Positions 58,278-64,000 of a stretch of 64,000 nucleotides of DNA are shown piece after piece. The notes under the pieces were generated by a model. The model ran no database searches. It was not told where the DNA came from and was given only the letters and a program-made list of their open reading frames with translations. Both the position numbers and the translations under genes were made by a program. Where the stretch lies: assembly GCA_029262065.1 (NCBI GenBank), contig JAJDAC010000023.1, forward strand, positions 3,828 through 67,827. The letters are read 5' to 3'. Origin of the DNA: Candidatus Krumholzibacteriota bacterium. Lineage in GTDB: Bacteria; Krumholzibacteriota; Krumholzibacteriia; JAJRXK01. Each line of letters opens with the position of its first letter. The first letter of the stretch is position 1.

Positions 58278-59588
58278 ATGAACCCACCCTTGAAGCCACG
58301 CCAGAAGCTTGGCAAGTACCGCATCCTACGTCGGATTGCCGACGGAGGTTTCGCGCGTGTGTACCGCGCCCACGACACCGTCGAGGGCATAGACGTAGCC
58401 CTCAAGATTCCCCATGCACATCTGATAACCGAGGGCACGCTGGTCGATTTTCGCCGCGAGGCGCGCATCACGGCGCGGCTGGAGCACCCGAACATACTTC
58501 CCCTCAAGAACGCCGATTTCATCGACGAACGCTTCGTGATTGCCTCGCCACTGGGCGAAGGCACGTTGGAAGAGCGGTTGGGGCGACGAATTACACTGAC
58601 GCGTTCGTTGGATTACGCCGATCAGATTCTCGCGGCACTAGCTTACGCGCATTCTCATCGGGTGATCCACTGCGATGTGAAGCCCGACAACTTCATGCTG
58701 TTCGAGCCCGATCGCCTTCGCCTGGGGGATTTCGGCATTTCCAAGGTCCAGTTGCAGACCATGATGAGCGCGTCGGGCTCGGGTACGTTGGGGTACGTGG
58801 CGCCCGAGCAGGCCATGGGCCGCCCAACCTACCGGTCGGACTGCTTTTCGGCGGGGCTCATCATCTACCGGATGCTCGTGGGAGAGTTGCCGAGTTGGCC
58901 GTTCAACTGGCCATTGCCCGGCAATGAGCGGCTGCGACGCAAGGTGTCGCCGGCCATGATCAGCTTTCTGAAGCGTAGCCTCATGGTCGACGAAAAAAAG
59001 CGGTTCCGTGACGCAGGCCAGATGCAGGCGGCTTTTGCCCGCATCAAGCCGCGCGAGCTGAGTCGTGCGAACTCGCAATCCTCGCCCAAGAAGAAGGTCC
59101 AGAAGGACTGGCGAGCGCTGCGGCAGCGAGCCTTCCAGCGTATCTACGGGCGCGAGCTGGGCACCAAACACGAGTGCGGCCGTTGCCGTCGCCCCGTGAG
59201 CGAGGCCATGCGTTGGTGCCCATGGTGTGCGAATACCCGGCGGGTCCACCGCGACGACAGCGCCTTTCCGAAGCAGTGCCGGCGCTGCGGCCGCGGTATG
59301 AAGTTGGATTGGGTGTATTGCGCGCATTGTTACGGTGCATCGCAGGGACCCGACTCCGATCGATCCTACACCGACAAGCGCTACACCCATCGTTGCGGCA
59401 GCTGCAAGGGCGACCTCATGCCACACATGCGCTACTGCCCGTGGTGTCGGCGCAAGGTGTTGCGTAAGTGGAAGCTGGAATCGGGGGGCAACAAATGTAC
59501 TTCGTGTGGTTGGGATGTCGCGGGGGAGTTCTGGCGCCACTGTCCGTGGTGCGGCACTGGCATGACCCATGAAAAGGCGCGTCCATGA
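58278..59588 (+). CDS. Hanks-type Ser/Thr kinase with four C-terminal zinc ribbons
   Basis: GGFARVY, VALK, HCDVKPDN, DFG, GTLGYVAPE; four CxxC-x10/11-CxxC units; no TM segment. Confidence 0.93.
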   Translation: MNPPLKPRQKLGKYRILRRIADGGFARVYRAHDTVEGIDVALKIPHAHLITEGTLVDFRREARITARLEHPNILPLKNADFIDERFVIASPLGEGTLEERLGRRITLTRSLDYADQILAALAYAHSHRVIHCDVKPDNFMLFEPDRLRLGDFGISKVQLQTMMSASGSGTLGYVAPEQAMGRPTYRSDCFSAGLIIYRMLVGELPSWPFNWPLPGNERLRRKVSPAMISFLKRSLMVDEKKRFRDAGQMQAAFARIKPRELSRANSQSSPKKKVQKDWRALRQRAFQRIYGRELGTKHECGRCRRPVSEAMRWCPWCANTRRVHRDDSAFPKQCRRCGRGMKLDWVYCAHCYGASQGPDSDRSYTDKRYTHRCGSCKGDLMPHMRYCPWCRRKVLRKWKLESGGNKCTSCGWDVAGEFWRHCPWCGTGMTHEKARP

Positions 59589-60388
59589 ATCCGTCGCCTC
59601 CCAGCATCTTCGCCAACGCGAATATGGAAACGCCCGCGCGGGTTGTCTTGCCCACCGGCGCGGCCGTCGTGTTCACGACGCCATCGCCCGACCGCGAAAC
59701 CGCCAATGAAGACTCGGCCGCCGTGGCCGCGGTGGGTTCGTGCTCGGTGCTCATCGTGGCCGACGGCGTGGGCGGCCACGCGGCGGGCGATCGGGCCTCG
59801 GCGCTGGCGGTAAGCAGTCTGCTGGACTGCGTGGCTGGCGCGCCGCCCGAGGGTCTACGCGCCGCCATCCTGGATGGCTTCGAAAGCGCGAACCGGGCCG
59901 TGCAGGCGTTGGGGGTTGGCGCCGCGACGACGCTGGCCGTGGTGGAGCTGCGCGACGGCAACATGCGTCCGTTCCACGCCGGCGATTCGGCGGTGCTGGC
60001 CGTGGGTCAACGCGGTCGCCTGAAGCACCTGACCATTTCCCATTCGCCGGTGGGTTACGGAGTCGAGGCCGGCCTCATCCAGGAGGGCGATGCCATGCAC
60101 CACGGTGAGCGACACCTGGTGAGCAACCTGGTGGGAACGCCGGAAATGCGCATCGAGGTGGGACCGCGCATCAAGCTGGCCCCCTACGATACCGTTCTTC
60201 TGGGCAGCGACGGCGTGTTCGATAATTTGACCACCGACGAGGTGGTCGAAACGGTACGCCGGGGTCGCCTGGAGCAGGCGGCCGACAGCCTGCGCGAACA
60301 GTGTGGGAAGCGTATGAGGAACCCCGTCAAGGGCGCCCCCAGCAAACCAGACGATCTGACGTTCGTGTTGCACCGGGCGAGGGGCTAG
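59585..60388 (+). CDS. PP2C-family Ser/Thr phosphatase
   Basis: NEDS, VADGVGGHAAG, HAGDS, GSDGVFD, DDLT; ATGA overlap with the kinase. Confidence 0.92.
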   Translation: MNPSPPSIFANANMETPARVVLPTGAAVVFTTPSPDRETANEDSAAVAAVGSCSVLIVADGVGGHAAGDRASALAVSSLLDCVAGAPPEGLRAAILDGFESANRAVQALGVGAATTLAVVELRDGNMRPFHAGDSAVLAVGQRGRLKHLTISHSPVGYGVEAGLIQEGDAMHHGERHLVSNLVGTPEMRIEVGPRIKLAPYDTVLLGSDGVFDNLTTDEVVETVRRGRLEQAADSLREQCGKRMRNPVKGAPSKPDDLTFVLHRARG

Positions 60389-60455
60389 CGGGCGTGCCCT
60401 TGCAAGCCCCCTGAGAGGGGATTTGCCGGTGGTTCGCGGTCTGGGAGGAAGGTGT

Positions 60456-60542
60456 TGGTGCCCGGGGCGAGACTCGAACTCGCACGTGATTTCTCGCACT
60501 ACGACCTGAACGTAGCGCGTCTGCCAATTCCGCCACCCGGGC
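60456..60542 (-). tRNA. tRNA-Leu(CAG)
   Basis: GCCCGGGTGGCGGAATTGGCAGACGCGCTACGTTCAGGTCGTAG...GAGTTCGAGTCTCGCCCCGGGCACCA; long variable arm, anticodon CAG, encoded CCA. Confidence 0.97.
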
Positions 60543-60558
60543 TCCGGGCAGACTGAGC

Positions 60559-60587
60559 AGTCTAGTAAGGGCCCCACGCAGTGTCAA
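60559..60587 (-). promoter_or_regulatory. sigma-70 promoter of tRNA-Leu
   Basis: TTGACA-N17-TAGACT on the - strand. Confidence 0.7.
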
Positions 60588-60753
60588 GATTCAGGGGCTT
60601 CCGTTGCCAGGCGGACTTCCCTTTGGTAGTTTGCATGCCCCCGGAGACGGTTGCGAAGCCGCTTCGGGAGGGTCACCAGATTGCGGCGGTTGCCGCTCGG
60701 GGATCCTCGCCCACCCGCCCGCTGTTTGCTTTCTACCCAGGAACCGTGACCCC

Positions 60754-61254
60754 ATGGCGGCCAAAAAGGCCAAGAAACCGCCCCGTGACATCAAGATCAT
60801 CGCCAAGAACCGTAAGGCGCGGTTCAACTTCCAGATTCTGGATACGTTCGAGGCGGGGATGGTCCTGGTGGGCAGCGAGGTAAAAAGCCTGCGCGCCGGC
60901 CGGTGCAACCTGGGCGACGCGTACGCCGATATCCGAAACGGGGAACTCTTTCTGCGGAACCTCCATATCAGTCCCTACGAGCAGGCGACCCGTATGAACC
61001 ACGAGCCCATGCGCACGCGTAAGTTGCTGCTGCACAAGCGCGAACTACGCAAGCTCATTGGCAAGACGGCCGAGAAGGGGCTCACGCTGGTGCCATTGAG
61101 CCTGTACTTTCTCAAGGGTCGGGTGAAGTGCGAGATGGCCCTGGCGCGCGGCAAGAAACAGCACGACAAGCGGCTCTCGAAGGCCGAGAAAGACGTGCAG
61201 CGCAAGATGCAGCAGGCCATGCGCGGCGGCATGCGACGTTCGGGAGGCGAATGA
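60754..61254 (+). CDS. smpB: SsrA-binding protein
   Basis: IAKNRKARFNF, EAGMVLVGSEVKSLR, RTRKLLLHKRE, RGKKQHDKR. Confidence 0.97.
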   Translation: MAAKKAKKPPRDIKIIAKNRKARFNFQILDTFEAGMVLVGSEVKSLRAGRCNLGDAYADIRNGELFLRNLHISPYEQATRMNHEPMRTRKLLLHKRELRKLIGKTAEKGLTLVPLSLYFLKGRVKCEMALARGKKQHDKRLSKAEKDVQRKMQQAMRGGMRRSGGE

Positions 61255-62801
61255 TGTCCACTGGTACGATGAAACAGTTCGCGCTGGGCGCTTGTGTGCT
61301 CATGGCCGCCAACCTGTTTCTGCCCCGCGCCATCGCGCAGGACGACTCCCAGGTCGAGGCGCGCTCGGCGCGCGTGGTGCCCGGCGACGGCCGTCCCTCC
61401 TCGTCCATCACCATGAAGCGACTCGAGCCAGGTTCGCAGGAGTGGTTCCTGGCCGGCAGCGATCTCGCTGATGCGTTGCAGGTGGGTCGGTACTGGCGCG
61501 CCGACGTGCGCAAGTTGGTAATCCGCGTCGACGATCAACGTATTACGTTCACCGTGGGTGCCCGTTCCGTCGTGGGGACCGACCAGACCATTCTGCTGCG
61601 CACGCCAGTAAGGTTCCATCAGGGCGAGCCGTGGATTCCGCTGGAGTTTGTGAAAACCATTCTGCCGCAACTTACGAGTCGCGTGGTGCGCTGGAACGAC
61701 GCCGACTTCAGTCTGGTGCTGGGACAGCAGTCGTTCAACGTGTCCGGCCATCGCGTGGAGAGTGGTGAAACCACCACCGAGCTGATCATCGAAATGACGG
61801 CTCCGTTGGCCTTTCGCGTGGACGACAGTCGCGCTGGCGTGTTGGTGCTGAAAGTATATGGCGCTCGCGGCAACATGGCGGGGTTGCGTCGTACCACGCC
61901 GCGCGGACTGATCGACGCCATTACACCCAAGCAGGAGCGCGACCACCTGCTGTTGGAAATCGAGCTTTCCGAACTGGCCGCCAAGTACCAGTCGAGCTCC
62001 AGCAAAGATGGCAACCGCATCGTTTTGTCGGTAGAGCAGTCGCCGGTGGGCACCATCCCCGATCCCGTGCCGCGCGGGCCGCATCTGGTGCAAACGCTGC
62101 CGCCCGAGGCCCGGGCTCGCGAAGTGAACGTGCGCAAGGTTGTGATCGACCCCGGCCACGGTGGCGCCGACATGGGTGGCGAGGGCGTGAACGGCCTGTT
62201 CGAAAAAGACGTGACGCTGGCCATCGCGCTCGAGGTGAAGCGGATTCTGGAAGGTCGCCACGATATCCAGGTGGTGCTGACGCGCGACAGCGACGAAACG
62301 TTGGGGTTGGTGCAACGTACGGAGATTGCCAACCAGAATCAGGGCGACGTATTCATTTCCATTCATGCGAACAGTTGGTACGACCGCACGGCGCGCGGTA
62401 TCGAAACATATTTTCTGTCGCCGGCCAAAACCGAGTGGGACGCCCAGGTAGCCCGCACCGAGAACGCATCGATAGACCAGGCGGAAGATCTGGATTTCAT
62501 TCTGTGGGATCTGGTGCAGAACGTTTTCATTCAGGAGAGCGCCACGTTGGCCGAAGCGGTACAGAACGGCCTGATCAGCGATCTGGGCATGCGCAACCGC
62601 GGCGTCAAGCAGGCTGGGTTCCGCGTATTGGTGGGCGCGTTCATGCCGGCCATTCTGGTGGAAGTGGGATTCCTGTCCAATCAGGCCGACGCCAACAAGC
62701 TGGCCGATGGCGCCTACCACCGCCAAATGGCTCAGGCCATGGCCGATGCCATTTTGGATTTCCGTGCGCGTATGGACGCGGTACGGCAGGGGACGCGGTA
62801 G
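61251..62801 (+). CDS. N-acetylmuramoyl-L-alanine amidase (Amidase_3) with N-terminal accessory domains
   Basis: VVIDPGHGG, EKDVTL, FISIHAN, GIETYF, PAILVEVGFLSN. Confidence 0.93.
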   Translation: MMSTGTMKQFALGACVLMAANLFLPRAIAQDDSQVEARSARVVPGDGRPSSSITMKRLEPGSQEWFLAGSDLADALQVGRYWRADVRKLVIRVDDQRITFTVGARSVVGTDQTILLRTPVRFHQGEPWIPLEFVKTILPQLTSRVVRWNDADFSLVLGQQSFNVSGHRVESGETTTELIIEMTAPLAFRVDDSRAGVLVLKVYGARGNMAGLRRTTPRGLIDAITPKQERDHLLLEIELSELAAKYQSSSSKDGNRIVLSVEQSPVGTIPDPVPRGPHLVQTLPPEARAREVNVRKVVIDPGHGGADMGGEGVNGLFEKDVTLAIALEVKRILEGRHDIQVVLTRDSDETLGLVQRTEIANQNQGDVFISIHANSWYDRTARGIETYFLSPAKTEWDAQVARTENASIDQAEDLDFILWDLVQNVFIQESATLAEAVQNGLISDLGMRNRGVKQAGFRVLVGAFMPAILVEVGFLSNQADANKLADGAYHRQMAQAMADAILDFRARMDAVRQGTR

Positions 62802-63353
62802 ATGACGGGCCGCGCATTCGCGATCGCCGCGGCGGTCGTGGTGCTGGGCGCGCTCGGGGTGTGGTTGTTCCTGCCTCGGGAAAACGCGGTGGTCGACCCC
62901 ACCGTTGAAATTTCCGACGACGATGGCCTGGGCACGCGCGCCATTACCCTGTACTTCGGCAACGCGCAGGGCGACGGGTTGGTGCCCGAGTCGCGAACCA
63001 TTCAGGCGCAGCGCTACCGCGACCAGGAAGTGGAGGCCGTGTTGGCCGAGTTGGTGCGCGGTCCGGAAAGTTCTGATGGCATACGCACCATGCCCGACGG
63101 CACCCGGCTGCGCCAGGCGTTCTACGACGAAGAGCAACGGCTACTGTATCTGGATTTCAATCGGGCCCTGGTGGCCCAACCCATGGCCGGGTCCACGATG
63201 GAAGTGATGACGCTCACGGCCATTTTGCGCACCATCGCCGTCGACTTCCCCGAGGTACGCGCCGTGCAGTTTCTGGTGGAAGGCCTGGAAGTGGAAACGC
63301 TGGGCGGGCACCTGGATCTAACTCGACCTCTGCGACCAGGAGATTGGTTGTGA
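62802..63353 (+). CDS. GerMN domain protein
   Basis: TM anchor; ITLYFG, LVPESR, ELVRGP, VQFLVEG, GHLDL; amidase-GerMN-murI context. Confidence 0.88.
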   Translation: MTGRAFAIAAAVVVLGALGVWLFLPRENAVVDPTVEISDDDGLGTRAITLYFGNAQGDGLVPESRTIQAQRYRDQEVEAVLAELVRGPESSDGIRTMPDGTRLRQAFYDEEQRLLYLDFNRALVAQPMAGSTMEVMTLTAILRTIAVDFPEVRAVQFLVEGLEVETLGGHLDLTRPLRPGDWL

Positions 63354-64000
63354 CGGCTCCGATTGGTGTATTCGACAGCGGCGTGGGTGGGCTTACCGTG
63401 TTGAAGGAGCTGCGTCGCCGGCTTCCCTCGGAAAACTATCTATATCTAGGCGACACCGCGCGCGTGCCGTACGGCACCAAGGGTTCGGCCACCGTGCAGC
63501 GCTTCGCGCGCGAGGCGGCCCAGTTCATGGCCGCCCAAGGCGTGAAGCGCATGGTGGTGGCCTGCAATACCGCTACGGCCTACGCGCTGGAAACCGTGCG
63601 CGAGGTACTGGATGTTCCGGTGCACGGGGTCATCGAGCCCGGAGTACGGGCGGCGTTGAAAGTCACGTCGGGCCGGGTGGGGGTCATCTGCACACCGGCC
63701 ACCGAGGCCAGCGGCAAGTACCACGATCGTCTGTTGGAATTGCGGCCATCGCTGGAGGTTTTCACCACGGCCTGTCCCCTGTTCGTGCCGTTGGCCGAAG
63801 AAGGATGGGATACCGGCGAGATTCCTTTGGCCGTGGCCAAGCGCTACCTGGCCGAGTTGCACGAGAAGGGTGTAGACTCGCTGATTCTGGGTTGCACGCA
63901 CTACCCGGTGTTGAAGGGCGTGATCGGCGAGGCCATGGGGCCCAAGGTCATTTTGGTCGATTCAGCCGTGGAGTTGGCCGAGGCCGTGGCTGCCGATTTG
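63350..64000 (+). CDS. murI: glutamate racemase (3' end outside window)
   Basis: GTG at 63350: MTAPIGVFDSGVGGLTV, GDTARVPYG, VVACNTA, LILGCTHYP. Confidence 0.96.
   Translation, partial: MTAPIGVFDSGVGGLTVLKELRRRLPSENYLYLGDTARVPYGTKGSATVQRFAREAAQFMAAQGVKRMVVACNTATAYALETVREVLDVPVHGVIEPGVRAALKVTSGRVGVICTPATEASGKYHDRLLELRPSLEVFTTACPLFVPLAEEGWDTGEIPLAVAKRYLAELHEKGVDSLILGCTHYPVLKGVIGEAMGPKVILVDSAVELAEAVAADL

Noticed and set aside
58020..58564. Large head-to-head overlap of the kinase and TonB receptor ORFs in the track
   Set aside because: Artefact of longest-ORF starts; plausible starts at 58186 (-) and 58278 (+) leave a 91-nt gap.
54800..60460. Integrated element at the tRNA-Leu 3' end
   Set aside because: No integrase and no convincing duplicate of the tRNA 3' end; similarity to the 54969-86 repeat is too weak.
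60543..60753. tmRNA (ssrA) next to smpB
   Set aside because: Only about 210 nt, occupied by divergent promoter sequence; no tRNA-like ends or tag ORF seen.

Overview
GC-rich bacterial chromosomal window of mostly core and cell-envelope genes. It probably comes from an uncultured FCB-group lineage such as Krumholzibacteriota, Eisenbacteria or Latescibacterota; this is inferred from NxPNPFNP/FlgD-type C-terminal domains, HEAT-cyclophilin, a TonB receptor plus DUF4249-like lipoprotein and an archaeal-type ProRS. Housekeeping genes: proS, pdxS/pdxT, alaS, truA, purB/purL/purQ/purS-like/purF, rne, kynB, suhB-like, tRNA-Leu(CAG), smpB, amidase, GerMN and murI. I see no integrase, transposase, CRISPR array or rRNA. 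Most notable observations: (1) three Cys-rich exported proteins ending in a shared short motif V[AP]xxxxSWSx[VL][RK][AG]RF, a candidate sorting signal; (2) intact but catalytically eroded enzyme homologues (a transaldolase lacking its Schiff-base Lys, a TIGR03960-like radical SAM fusion lacking CxxxCxxC); (3) two candidate structured non-coding RNAs (32032-32152 on +, about 54828-54930 on -, the latter with its own promoter and terminator); (4) a soluble non-RD Ser/Thr kinase with four zinc ribbons coupled to a PP2C phosphatase next to tRNA-Leu; (5) a tandem-fused divergent PurS, an archaeal-type GAPDH homologue and a PDZ/membrane/GAF/PP2C sensor followed by twin TPR proteins flanking kynB. 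All calls come from reading motifs by eye; no searches were run.
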